A DNA stretch of 64,000 nucleotides from Daphnia carinata (GCF_022539665.2 NC_081331.1:7750001-7814000), one strand, 5' to 3'. Positions 25,147-39,179 are shown, numbered from the stretch's first letter. Notes: generated from the sequence alone by a model not told the origin. Numbers and translations are program-made.

Positions 25147-26261
25147 ATGTCTGATACTAAACCTACAAGTTTCAACCCTCTAGAACAATTCGTTTTGTTA
25201 GCGAAATCAGCCAAAGGAGCCGCAGCTGTCGAATTAATAAAACAGGCTTTAGAATCTCCTGGTGTCTATGTTTTTGGCGAACTACTTGATATGCCCAACA
25301 TTAGCGAGGTTTACTTATTTAAAAAAATTTTATTTACAATTCCCAAAGGAACCTCTCAAATCTAACTTTCTCTTTTCCTAGCTTGAGATTGGCCAGTTCC
25401 AGCCATACTACAATTTGCTTAAGCTTTTTGCCTTCGGAACATACCAGGAGTATCTTAAAAACATTAAATCATTGCCCGAGCTGACTGCATTTCAACAGCA
25501 AAAGCTGAGACATCTGACTATTGTCACATTGTCTGAAACTAACAAAGTTAGTGGTTTTATTGTATCACAAAACTAGCTGGGGTTTTATAAAAAGCTAATA
25601 GTACTCTATTTTATCAAATAATTGTTTGTTCTAACGTTTATTTTTAAATTTATGTTTAATGACCACCCTTTCCAGTGTATACCATATGACATGTTGGTCC
25701 AAGAACTTGAGATGAAAAATCTCAGAGAGCTTGAAGATCTCGTGATAGAAGCTATATATGGAGGTTTCACATCTTTTATTGTGATCTGAGAATCAAAATT
25801 TTACATGAATTTGATCCTAGATGTAATACGTGGCAAATTAGATCAACGCAACGGTCGCCTAGAAATTGACTTCGCAATTGGCCGAGATGCTCAAGTTAAT
25901 GACATAGGCCGGATCATCCGAACCTTAAACGACTGGTGCGAAGCATGTGATGCGATTCTTGGAGCGGTAGAAACACAGGTCATGAACGCGAACTGTGAAA
26001 AGGAAAGGCACATAAAACATCGGGCCACTATCGACGAAGAAGTTCTGAACATTAAAAAGACTTTAAAATCTCAGGTATAACTAAAGTAGTATAAAGCATG
26101 TGGTATCGATAATTTCAATTTGGTGATAGATTCAGGAAACGGATGACATATCTCTTGCTAATGAAACCCGTAATGAAACGTTGGGAGACAAGGGCAAAAA
26201 ATTGGTTAAAGGAAAAGGCTTAAAAACAAACGCCCCCAATAAATTTTGGAATAAATCTTGA
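25147..26261 (+). CDS. COPS7: COP9 signalosome subunit 7 (PCI domain), 5 exons: 25147-25308, 25382-25546, 25676-25763, 25821-26074, 26130 or 26136-26261
   Basis: [84 protein letters not shown]...IGRD. All junctions are GT-AG and keep the frame. Confidence 0.95.
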
Positions 26262-28385
26262 AACAGTGAAAAACTTAAAACATTTGTAAATACTTTTCTA
26301 CTACCATTTACTCTTTTGCTCCACAAAATATTGGTGCTGCTGTTAAAGAGTATCATAACAAAATAAATTCATTAAACATACCGTCATTTACCACTTCTTT
26401 TTTTTCAGATTTTGTATATACGTATATCATCCTCAGTAACTATGGAGATTGTAGCAAATGGATTTCTTTGAAGCCTAGGAGTGTATTTACCCCTTTCCGT
26501 ACCAAATCATTTGCAGGACTAAATGAAATTGAAAAGTAGCAACAAAAAATATATTTTTAAATAATAATCTTTCACACCAACATGTTTTCCCAAGTTTCTG
26601 GGCACCGTGTATGCACATCTTTGCGTTTTCTCTTAAAACGTTTTTACCGCCTTGGCCGACCGAAAACAGCTTTAGAATTTAACGAAAAGTTTCGTCTTGA
26701 TACTGAAACAAAAAACTCAAAACTACAAATATTTTGAATTGAGCCGAATTTCGTTAAGAAACAGCCTGAGGTTTTCCAAGTCGCAGTTTAAGATGTTGAA
26801 GGTAAAATGTGTTTTGGTCACCTGTGGATATATAAGTGAATCTTCGAGTATCTCCTCATGTTTTCCTCCAGAATAGAGGGCCTTTTCCATCTATAACTAA
26901 GATAACCATCCTACGATAATGGCGTAAGAAACACGGCCAGCCGTTCCTAAGAGACTTCTGTTTTCGGTATAAGAGCACCATCCCCCCGTTATGAACTTCT
27001 GGTATTCGCATTCAGCAAATCTCATCCGTTGAATGTACTGTACTTTTGAACGATAATGTTCATTAGCCACGGTATGTCCGTCGATTGTACAAATCAGCAA
27101 TCGAATGGATGTTCTGATCAGATATCGGCATAGTTTCCTTAACATGTCTAGGTCAAATTTTATAATTTTTAATATTTTCTCCAGAAATTTTTTTAAGCCC
27201 AACTTATGCAATTTACGAAATGTACAGGGATGTATCGATAAACTTTTTCGAACGCAAATTTTGAATGAGAGTAAAAAATCATGGATTTCTTCATTCGCGA
27301 ATAAGTTAAGTCTTATTCTATTCGTTATCCTTATTCTTTTCGTGTAACATTTCTTAACAATTATCCGACCTCAGTTTCGAACAATATCCTTTATTGTTTC
27401 CCGCTGCCACTCTTGTAAATGTCGGAAGCACCCAAAATTTCAATATTTGACTTCGACACATGTTTAAAAATTGTATTCACTATTCTTAAAATTCCTTATT
27501 TAGCTATCATATTTTAAACGACTAATGTTCTTCCTTATCATCACGACCTTCGAAATCTAGAAGAAAATTGCATGTTTACTGAAGTTTGTAAAGATGAAGG
27601 ACGGGAAACAAATTTCAAAATATTATTCGACGTGTACGTATTCTTATCCCACAAAAAAGTCCACATTAATCGAAGGCGAAAAAACGAAAAGAACTTCACA
27701 CAAAAATAGAAGTTGTTAAATTTTAATAACATTTGTTCAATTGAGAAGAAGGTTTTGTTGGTGTACCTGTTGAATTTTTTTAAAACTCGTTGGTTAGTTA
27801 ACTCGCACCAGAATCATGGATTGAAGATCTCTGAGGTAGATAAAATTTTTGACTTTGCCAGCACTCTGGTCCGTTCATGGCCAATGTCAGCTTTAGGCAC
27901 GGATTTAATTTTTTTTCCTGTTGTAGTTTATGCTATTGTTTTGGTGTTTGCACGTTTCACCCTTCAAATTTCTTCCATGAACCCTTGTTCTCGGAAAAAA
28001 AAACTGTTAATAGTTTTGAAGTAAATGGTTCCAAACGAAACTAAATATCGGGTTTGCGCATCCCTGTAACTGTTTGAAGATTCAAAAACTGCTACAATCT
28101 TGATAAGATTTGCGTTGCAGTTTGCAAGCGTACAGTTAACCATAACAACCCCAAATAACCTAGTGATAAATAATTTACTGAGACAGTTAGGTGGCTGCAG
28201 TTAATTTAAGTTTATGAAACGGCGTTTTCTATCTCACATTTTTTATTTGTATGAACACAGCTCATCAAAATGAAAATTTAATATCTGTAGATCAAATGAG
28301 AAACGAGAATGCAATAATAGAAAAAAGTTACGTAAGCCTATGGAACATCTAGTTTCGTCTCTTTTATAATCAGCATTGATTGGTG

Positions 28386-28737
28386 CATGGCCTACTATAA
28401 TAAACGGCTAGTAAGCGCGCAAATAACCCCTGCGCCTAAAACTAAATTGCTAGAGGGCCTAATACCCCAAATCGAAGTCCACTTTCTACAGCTTTATCCC
28501 ACCCATTCCAATTTTTTTACTTTTTCCACTGATTGGCAATGGTGGAGAGGTACTGCTGTCGTAGTACCTCAAACAGAATTCCACTTTCCACTAGTTTTTC
28601 CACTCATTTCAATTCTGTATTAGTTACCAAACAGTCGAAAGTGGAGTTCGGTTTGGGGTATTACGCCCCTCTGGCAATTTAGGTTTAGGCGCAGGGGGTA
28701 TTGCGCGCTTACTGGCCGTTTATTATAGTAGGCCATG
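28386..28737. mobile_element. MITE (352 bp), P-element-like
   Basis: Imperfect TIRs of about 100 bp starting CATGGCCTACTATAATAAACGGC. 8-bp TSD GATTGGTG at 28378-28385 and 28738-28745. The superfamily is inferred from the CATG terminus plus 8-bp TSD. Confidence 0.9.
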
Positions 28738-29192
28738 GATTGGTGTAACGCCTTCATTGTGTAAGTATGCGTACTGCATATTGGTAATCCGCACTTTAGT
28801 CATTTCCAACCAGTTTCCGGCAGGTTTTAGACGAACGCCAACAAAACATCAATTCCCGCTTAAACAGACAACGGCGTCAATCGGCATCAGCGAAATATTC
28901 TGCTCTAGTAGTTTAGGGTTCTGTTATTTTTATTGTTATTCTACGAAAGTAGTGTTTCAAATCGTATCATAGGAGACTTCCTGATTTATTAAGCGAAACA
29001 AGTAAGTCGCACTTTAGTCACTTTAGTAGTAGCTTAACTATTATTTTATTTCAGTATTCGTTACCTTGTTTATGTAAATTTAACCACGATCGATGAATAA
29101 GAAAAACTGTGGAACAATCTGTCGACATTTGTTAGTTCGTTAATTTTTAGTCTGACTAATTTTTGTTGAAAGGTGTCTTTGAAGCACCAAAG

Positions 29193-32100
29193 ATGCTTCG
29201 AAGAGGAGGGAAAAGAATCAGGATGGATGATCCTCCTGAAGATTATGAACCACCTTTTACACCATACTCGATACAACCACAGACCCCCATGGATCAGCAA
29301 AGGTTTGTTTTCATGCATTCCCAAATTACTTAATTTCCCAACTTGTTTAAATGCAGCAGCACATTTGGTGGGCAATATGGACAGTACAATGATAATGGTT
29401 CCATGCATTATGATTCTGGACCTAATTCCAACTTGGACTATGACCAAAATGTTGGTCAAGTGCAACAGAATATGAATGCATTTCATTCCAGTCATCTGGA
29501 AGAAACAACCACAGCAAGTTTACCTGGTGGGCGTGGGCGCTTGACTCGCAGTTCTAGAGGCCGCAGTGAGTTCTATTTTCAATGTTTATCTTGTTTATGT
29601 TTGCATTTTGTTGAAGTGATAACCTCTCTTTATTGCAATAAAGGACATACAGTTGTTACAAACCCTCAGAGAGTAATATCTAGTCCAGAAGACACTCCTG
29701 TACCAACACCAAGTCCTGCCCCTCGACGAAGAGGACGCCCTAGGAAAAATCCTGTTTTGGAGCACTCCTCAGTTGATGATGAAAGTACCCTGTTTTCCAT
29801 CATCAGATCTGGCAAAAGTTCTTTACAGGTGTTAAAAATTAAGGATTTCCTAATATGTGACAAAATTAATGTAGAAGTTCCATAATTGTTGCCGGCAGCA
29901 AATTGTAGATGAATGGATCGAGCAGTACAAAGCTGACCGCGATTCAGGCTTGCGTGCCATAATGCAGTTTTTTATCAGCGCTTCAGGTTGTAAAGGAAAA
30001 ATAACATCTCAAATGCAGAGTAGTATGGAACACGCAGCTATTATCCGCCGAATGACTGAAGAATTTGACGAGGTGTAACGAGCAATTTTAACAAATTATC
30101 TAACCCTGCATAATTTGATATTTATGTAGGAAAGTGGAGAATATCCAATGATTATGTCTGGTCCTCAGTGGAAGAAGTTTCGAAGCAATTTTTGCGATTT
30201 TGTGCAGACTCTTGTGAAGCAGTGTCAATACTCTATCATTTACGATCAATACCTGATGGACAATGTAATCTCCCTTTTAACCGGCTTATCTGATTCGCAA
30301 GTTCGAGCATTTCGCCATACTGCAACTTTAGCGGGTAATTTTTACAATATCCGTTTTCCCGACAACGTAAATCTTTAATATATATATTTTTAATTTTTTT
30401 ACATAAAATATATATATATTATAGCGATGAAATTAATGACTGCGTTAGTTGATGTGGCTTTAACGGTGTCGATCCATCTTGATAATACTTCTCGTCAGTA
30501 TGAAGCTGAAAGGCAAAAAACTCGAGATAAACGAGCCAGTGATCGTCTCGAAGCTTTACTTGCCAAGCATCAAGAACTGGAAGAAAATATGGATGAAATT
30601 AAGAATATGCTAACCTACACGTTCAAGTCGGTCTTTGTTCATCGCTACCGAGATATTGTTCCAGAGATTCGAGCCATTTGCATGGCAGAAATCGGGATTT
30701 GGATGAAAAGGTTTCCACAAAATTTCCTTGATGATTCGTATCTGAAATATATCGGGTGGACACTTCATGACAAAGTCGGCGATGTTCGCCTGAAATGTCT
30801 GCAGGCACTTCAACCACTCTATGCATCAGAAGAACTTAAAGGCAAGTTGGAACTGTTTACCAGCAAATTTAAGGTACGTTTTGCGCTAGTATATAATTTT
30901 CCCCTGGCTTGTTATTTTCGTACCGCAAGGCTAAACAACCTTACTTCATTTATAAATACAGGATCGTGTCGTTTCAATGACATTGGACAAAGAATATGAC
31001 GTAGCAGTTCAAGCAGTTCGTTTAATTATCAGCATTCACAAGTATCATCGAGAAATATTGTCCGACAAGGACTGTGAAGCTGTTTACGAGCTAGTTTTCT
31101 CCTCTCATCGTGCTGTTGCTCAAGCTGCTGGCGAGTTTCTGAATGAACGGCTTTTTACACTTGACGATACCACTCCTCCGGCTCTTCGCACTCATCGTGG
31201 AAAAAAGAGATTACCTAACACGCCTCTTATTCGCGATTTGGTTCAGTTTTTCATCGAATCAGAGGTAAAATATATAATATGGTTATTAACCAAGGAAAAG
31301 AAATATTAAAGTGTTTTTCTCAGTTACATGAGCACGGAGCATATTTAGTTGATTCTTTGATTGATTCTAATGAAATGATGAAAGACTGGGAGTGCATGAC
31401 AGATTTGTTGATGGAGGACCCTGGACCAGGAGAAGAATCACTAGATGACCGACAAGAAACTAGTTTGATTGAATTGATGACATGTTGTATTAAACAAGCG
31501 GCAACGGGAGAACCCCCTGTCGGACGAGGGCCCACCAGAAAAGTAATTGTTTTTTTTTTCTTTTTCAATGGCTTCTTACATCACTGGTTTCACGACAGAT
31601 TACCACCGCAAAAGAAACAAAACAAGCTCAAGATGATCGTGTACGGCTCACCGAACATTACATACAAACCCTTCCTCTGTTACTCGGTAAATACATTGCG
31701 GATCCAGAAAAGGTGGCAAACCTTCTCTTAATCCCTCAATATTTCGATATGGAAATCTATACTACCTCACGGCAAGAAAAGGTTGGTTTTATCTCGCTAT
31801 CTATCTCAACTGAAGCTCGTTCCCAATGAAAATGTTTTTTACGCTTCACTTTCAGAACTTAGAAACACTATTACGATTAATGCAAAATGTGGTTGAAAGG
31901 CACACTGAAACTGAAGTACTTGAAAACTGTGCCAAAACACTGGAAATTTTATGTACTGAAGACCATGCAATCTATTCCCGTTGTGACGTAATACGGAGCA
32001 CTTTAGTCGATCGATTGGTTAACAAACTACGTGAAGTTTTTGACGAACACGAAACGCTGATTGCCGGTGTAAGTTTCCTTATTTTTTCATGGCTAATTTC

Positions 32101-34306
32101 CCCAATATGAATATCAATGGCGCTTTGATTGTGTTTTTCAGGATGAGGAACCCAACGAAGATGAGATATTCGCCCTGGTATCAAGTTTGAAAAAAGTTGC
32201 GATTTTCTGGTCGTGCCACAATCTTGGTCCATGGAACCTATGGGATCCTCTCTTCAACGCTGTTCGAGATGCCAAAGACGGAAACCGATCAATGCCACCT
32301 GAGGTTGCCTAAAACATGTTTTTTTTTTGTCTTGACCACGTAAATTTTTATTTTTTGTTTTGTTTTTAGGCTATCAAATATTGCATTTCAGCTTGTTATT
32401 CCGCTATTTTATGGGAACTTCTACAACTCGAAAACGGTTCTGGACGAGGAACTTCTGCCGCGCAGCAACAAAAGCAGCTAAGAGATCATCTAGATGCCTA
32501 CATCCCGTTGATGACTGAGCTTGTAATCACTTCAAACGTTGCTCTTTTTAGGGAAGAGGTTTGTTAAATACTTTTAACTCCATCGCAAATCATCATTGTA
32601 AAGATAATGTTTTCCTTTCTAGGCATATATATCTGTATGTGATTTACTCATTTCATTTTGCAAGCAACTAGAAGACAATCCTCTTCTAAGACCGCTTGTT
32701 TATGAGCCTGATCGTGGTCTTCAGCAAACTCTGAATGATTTTATTCAAACCTATGTTTTTGTTGAAGAAGAAGACGAAGAACAAGATGAACATACTAAAA
32801 TTGAAGAATTGCACAAACGCCGTAGCTACTTGTCCAGTTTTTGCAAGTTGGTCGTTTATAATGTACTACCTATCAAAACGGCAGCAGAGGTTTTTCGCCA
32901 CTATGTCAAATACTATAATGACTACGGCGACATAATCAAAACAACACTCGGAAAAGCCAGAGAAATCAACAAAGTAAGCTGTGCCAGAACTATGGTCCTT
33001 AGTTTGTCCATGCTGTTTCGCGATCTTCATCGGGATGCTGGCAGCCGTATCGATCGTCAATCGGAGGAGTTTATGAGTGTCAAAGTAGGAAGTGAAACTA
33101 AAGTAGTCGGGCAGTATCTGACGAGCGTTCATTATTCGTAAGTTTATCATACGCTTCGACTTTTTACGCGTCTGGCTTTTCGTGTTCTGCGAATACTTTA
33201 ACAAGAAGTTGTGTTTTTTAATTAGGAATTAGCGAAACGATTCGCCCTCTCATTCGGTCTCGATGCGCTGAAAAACCGCGAAGCTATCACTGCCCTGCAC
33301 AGAGATGCCATTCTCTTTGCCACCAATCCACTTGAAAATCCAAATGACCCAACTGGTCCTCCACCTAATTTGGCGTTTCTTGAAATCGGTGCCGAGTTCA
33401 CAAACAAACTTTTGAAGCAAGATAAGCGGATGGTTCTCCAGTTTTTGGACAGAATTCTTACGATGGGCATGCCTTCATCCCGGGGTGAGGAGTGGCAGCC
33501 TCTCTTGCTGTATCGCAACTCCTTGGTCCACGGTGAAACCGATCTACCCCCACAGACTGCCAGACGCGCATACGGAAGACGTCGCCGGGACGCAGGTATG
33601 AAGCAAATTCATTAATATGCACTGCTTACAGCCACTTCCCAGCTTTGAGTTCTTTACAAAATTCGCTTGCATGCAAAAACACTACTAAAACAACGTCATT
33701 ACCTACTTTTGGGATCAAACGTAATTTACTTGAAATCGGACAGGTGTAGGCTTAAAATAACTGGGTTTTTTTTTTTGCTGGAACTGTAAGCTCTTTTTGT
33801 CTATAGGTCTTATCGATCTAACGGCAACTAACCTCGGCATTCAATCAATCATGCACGACCAGCACTCGGTCTTGCCTGAATTGCCGATAGAATTGGCGTT
33901 ATTTGACACAATTAGTTATACAACCGCAATATGCGCACTCATGTTCTTTTCTGGAGTTCAATTATCCCTCTGTACGTCAATGTGGGACACCTCTGCATTC
34001 GTGTTTGCCAGTTGATTGCTATCCTTGTAAACTTCATAACGGCACCTACTTTTGAAATGTAGCGGGAACTGGGGATCAAATACGATGCATCTCCGTGTTG
34101 CATGGCTGACCGTTAGCAACTTCATTCAAGTATACAAGAATGCTTTTTGATGCGAATTTCATATCTTGCTTATAGGTGGAGACGATGGCGAAAACGTCGA
34201 TGACAACGACGACGCTGGCTCAGATCAGGATTTTACTGGGTAGTCTTTCGCTCAAATGCGTCCCCTCTATAAACTTTAACTCTTCTTTCTATTTTACAGT
34301 TATTAA
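29193..34306 (+). CDS. SA: Cohesin subunit SA / stromalin (STAG family), multi-exon
   Basis: [15 protein letters not shown] start, [110 protein letters not shown] and an acidic C-terminus. Stop inferred at 34304-34306 in a micro-exon. Likely 5' UTR intron at 29001-29172. Not every internal junction was checked. Confidence 0.96.
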
Positions 34307-36942
34307 TGTGAACAATTGGAAAAACAACTCAGATGTGTTGCTAGACTTCATGCTGTAAACAAGGACACAATTTCACTTATTTTCTATTCTCCACTTGATC
34401 GGATGTTCTTGTAAAATCCGCTTCGTTTAAACGATTATTTTTCGTCTTCATTAAACGTTTTCTCATAAATACATAAACTTCTTTCTTTTGAGGCAGTTAT
34501 TCATTTACAGACAACGGCGAACAACTGATGGAGTTACGTTTGCCCTGTTAATAGCCCTTCGTTTTTCTTTTATTTAAAGAAAGAGAATGTGACACTACTC
34601 GACACTAGAAAATCATATTCCGTCTTTCATGTATAAATAGCATCTTTCCAGAGTAAAAGTAGTAACAACGATAACAAAAAAAGAAAAAAAAGTTTTCAGA
34701 ACTTAGTTTTTACCTGGAACAAAACACGGAAAAGGATAGACAGTGTCGCATTCGGCCAGCGTGTGCGAGTATCTGACGGGGCACAGTGCCCTCAATAAGT
34801 GTCAGCCGTATTTTACAGTTCTGTAGTACTGCCTTTAATGTCGACAAGCGGAAGAAAGCAAATAAAGGCATTCGCGAAAGATGAATAACTGCTATCACCA
34901 GATCAATAGATTTATCAAAGTAAAAGTTTGAAAAAAAAAAAATTTATCGCCCGTAGGTATGACTGATTGGGCTAGTCATGAAACATCCGTACACCGACTT
35001 TACGGTTTCCAATGGCAACGTGTCTTAGTTTAGTGTTTTCATTCAGAAGGAATGCCGGATGTTTATGTAATCTCCAAATCTAAAAGCGGTTTGTTGCGCT
35101 ACCACCAGAGGAGCCCTGCGTTGGCAATGGCGCATAAACAAATTGATGGAAGGAACAAAAACTTGAACCCCTCCCCTCACATTTTAATTTGAATGCAACA
35201 TCAGACAAGCCCTCTATTTAAAACAGAAATAATAAAAAAATAAAAGCAAAAGAGAGTAATTCGTTTAGACATTTTCCTATTAAAAACACAAGAAAAAACC
35301 GATGAACAAACGTCTTTTTAAGGCGTATTTAATGAGTAGTCTACGAGAACGACAGAACACAAAAAATAAACAAATGAATAAAAGAATAAAATACAATAAA
35401 TGAAACCAATTTAAAATTTAAATCAGTATAGCTGATTGCTTCTTCAGTAATAAGTTGAACTTCAGAAGGATATCTGCCATGTTTCATCAACATCTAAACG
35501 CTATAATCTATATGCTAGTGTCCAGTCCCTTTTTAAGACTATTATATCAAATCACAAGTGGGCTCAAAGCTGTAGAAAATGATGTCTTCCTAGAAATAGG
35601 CCGCTCCATTCTGAAGACCAAAATATGTGTCAGTCTTGGCTTGACCGACTTCCTTTCTTCGACTGGGGAGCCATCCACGGCGAAACAGGTGGATAGCTTG
35701 GGTAATTTACTTTATTTTCTCGCCTATTCGATGTTTTCTTGTTTTCTTCTACGTACCCGAATATGATCGTTTGTTATTCCGTAAGTCTACGACATACCGT
35801 GTTAGGTTTAAATGTGTTGTTTGAAATATCTAAGAAAGATATATTCCCAAAAGAGAGAATTTTCGCTTACCGCAACTACCGCTCGTTATGTAGGTCGAGG
35901 AAGAATTCTAGCGGGTTGAGGAAGAGCAGCAATGCGGCACGGGTAAATAATAAACTAAGTAGGTCATTCATTTCCGAAAGAGTCAAGGAACTTGAAGTTT
36001 TATTCAGTAGATTGAATTAAATGTTTACTTTGAATTGGTTATTAGCCACCAGCCATCTTTCTTTTTTGAAACCGAAAGTGATTATCAAATAACTTAAATG
36101 TTTTAGCTGTAATGCTCTGCCTGTTAGATAGCAAGTAACGCCGTACACGTTGGCCGTAGTTTATGGAAAATTATGTTCGAAAAGTGGTCAAAATGTGCCA
36201 AATAAAAGAGTGCATAAGGTCTAAACTGGCATAACGTACAATAGGGTAGCTTTAATTCGGTGAGTGCGCTTTGGTTGGTCAAATGTTGATACAAAATTAG
36301 ATGCTCGTTTTGCAAGAGATACGTCATTACCGGAATTGTTTCGTACTTTGACCTTCGTCATTGAACTCGATCATGTGCAAACGTACGACAGACTCTTAAT
36401 GCAACTCCGTTCATTGCATGGGATTACACATTATAGTATTATTGCATAATTATGTGACAGGTAACTGTTGGCACCACCCATTTCCTCAAAAGCCATCAAA
36501 CGGCAAAGCAACTCTGGAGATCAAATGAACCGGAATTTAAAATTTTTTAATTTATAAAAAAACGAGAAATATTTTTTGGATGGAGGATCAAGCAACTGCA
36601 ACTGGTAAAACGTAAAGGAGAATAAATTTGTATATAATTTTTACCCATAGATATTACACTTTTATTGGCAAGTGGTAGAAATGCACACGAAGGACTTTTC
36701 AGGTTAACAAATGGACAGAGTGCATTTTATATTGCCCAAACCATCCCTAGCTGAATTTTTTTTCTTTTCTTTTTTCATTTTTCCTTTTTCCTTTTTCCTC
36801 TATTTTTCTTTCCGAACGCATAGTCCGCGTTGGAACACAATTTAGCCTGTGGGGCCGTGCACGGCACTGTACAGAACCAAAGATAAAGTAGGAAGGGCAG
36901 GTAGCGTGGATAGCTTTAGGCACTGAATACTAGGCGATGGCC

Positions 36943-36982
36943 TATATAAAAAGAAAAGGATCGTATCACTTGTATTTCAGTC
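36943..36982 (+). promoter_or_regulatory. TATA box plus initiator of the ELOVL gene
   Basis: TATATAAA at 36943-36950 and arthropod Inr TCAGTC at 36977-36982, about 290 bp upstream of the ATG. Confidence 0.6.
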
Positions 36983-37266
36983 GGTATCAAGGATCACACT
37001 CTGTTTGAGGGCTTCAGAGCGTGCGCGTGCATCTTCACCATTGAAGAAAATATCGTACATTGATATTTTGGATTTAAGTTTTCTTTCGTCCGTTTTCGCC
37101 CTAAGGGATACAGAGGTAATGAGAAAAAGTGTTTTAGCCACTGTGTGCTTTTCTTGACAGGTTGCTGTCGTTAATGTCTTCATAGAAATAGTTACAGGAA
37201 TTTAACTCAGTCGATTGTGAACGATAGTTCTATTTGTTTTTAACTGACTGCATATCTAGAAAAAAA

Positions 37267-39179
37267 ATGAGTGCCTTCCTGAAAAACTTCGTCGACGGCT
37301 ACCATGATCTGATGATCAACAAACGAGGTAAGATGAATTTAATGTTAAACGGGAAAAGAATAGTGTAATATTTCATTTGATCGTGTTCCGATAAACGTAG
37401 AAATTTTCGGTGTATGCAAAAGCGATGTTCGAAAGAAGCTTACCATATTTTGACTCTCCCACCTCCTTTCCTGATGAATTGTTACGACGGATGCCCCTAT
37501 ACCGTAGTGTAGTTCTTAACAGTGGCGATGCTCCTGGTCCATTGACCTCATTCGACGACGCTCTGCGGTTGAGCCTCTCAGAGTAGTGACCCCATTTGTG
37601 TGACCACTGCTTAACGGAACTCAGCCAAATCTTGGAAGAGAAAACGTTAGTTGGACATTTCGTAACTTCAGTAGAAATAAAAAATTCCGCAGTGGCTTTC
37701 TTTGCAACTCTCTACTACTTAGCTTTACGATCACCTTCATGTGGCTATTGCGTCCGATTTCATAAGCCATTTACAATACCAAACGAAACACTTTATCCAA
37801 AGGCAACTCGTATTCTTCTTTCCAAATTTCTTCCTTTCGATTTGCAGACACAAGAGTGGATGGGTGGCTGTTAATGAGTTCGCCATTCCCAACTTTACTG
37901 ATTTGCGCGTGCTACATCTACTTCGTGAAATATTTGGGACCGAGACTGATGCGTGATCGGAAACCCTTTGAGCTCCGGTCAGCAATCATTGTTTACAACG
38001 TCATTCAAGTAGTCTCCAGCATTTACTTAGTATACAAGGTAATAGACTAATTGGCTCTTCGCTGTTTTCTTCTGCTTCCGTGTGTTAGTGCTGTGGGAAG
38101 AAACGGTAGATGCAAACATCAGCCTTTCTCTATGCATTGTATCCATTATTAAATTTCCTTTACTTTGTTTCCTCTTATCACTGTGGTACGTTCACTTTTA
38201 GGGATTGGTTCACGCATGGCTGTTCCGCTATAGCCTTCGTTGCCAGCCAGTCGACTATTCTGATGACCCAGATGAGCTGATCGTCGCCCAGATGTGTTGG
38301 TGGTATTACTTCTGTAAATTCACCGAATTTTTGGATACGATTTTCTTCGTCCTACGGAAGAAGTTTGACCAAATCACCAATTTGCACGTAATCCACCACA
38401 GCATCATGCCAGCCGCCGTTTGGTGGGGAGTGAAATTCACTCCCGGTGGCCATGCCACCTTCTTTGGAATGCTGAACACCTTTGTTCACATCATCATGTA
38501 TACTTACTACTTGTTAGCAGCAATGGGGCCGAAATATCAAAAATATCTGTGGTGGAAAAAACATTTGACAACAATGCAAATGGTACAATTTGTTACTGTC
38601 TTTTTCCACACGGCTCAGCTTTTCTTCATTGAATGCAACTTCCCCAAAATCATCGCGTACATCATGTGCTTTAATTCAGTGATGTTTTTAAGCCTTTTCT
38701 CGAATTTCTACATACAGGTATTTTCTTTTTAATATGTTCTAGAACTTACATTGACAATGGTTATGATAATTTGCCTGCGTTTGCTTGAGATGCTTTTTTG
38801 CTAATGTTATTTTGCAACTGTTGTATAGGCTTATATAAAACGCCGCCGACTGCCCGCCATTAAAAAGGACGACGATCATCATGATGGCTTGCATAACGGA
38901 TTAGCTAATCACAGCGGCACATCTTCCGACAAAGCTACTAGCAGCAAAAATAGTGGCAAAGAAGAAAAAGAACGACGTGGAGTCGGAAAGATGATTACTA
39001 CCATAATGACCAATGCGTCAGCTGCTTGTTACATTGGTCAGAATGGTCTCTATCAGTCAAAAGACAAAACGAAAGGAGCTGACTCCTGCAAAAGTAAAGC
39101 CAACTTCAACGGCAAATCTAATAGCCATTTACATAACCACACGAATGGCCAATTTGCAACCCAGAAGAAAAATTTGTAA
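37267..39179 (+). CDS. ELOVL: Very-long-chain fatty acid elongase (ELOVL1/7-like), exons 37267-37327, 37848-38038, 38202-38717, 38829-39179
   Basis: DTRVDGWLLMSSPFPT, KFTEFLDTIFFVLRKK, histidine box LHVIHH, NTFVHIIMYTYY, TTMQMVQF and C-terminal KKNL (KKxx ER retrieval). Paralog number not assignable by eye. Confidence 0.96.

Noticed and set aside
26480..28060. Penelope/GIY-YIG or Sola element call
   Set aside because: No RT, GIY-YIG or DDE motif and no paired termini were found. Left unassigned.
35455..36449. Short ORFs between SA and ELOVL as a fourth gene
   Set aside because: No recognisable domain or consistent exon chain.
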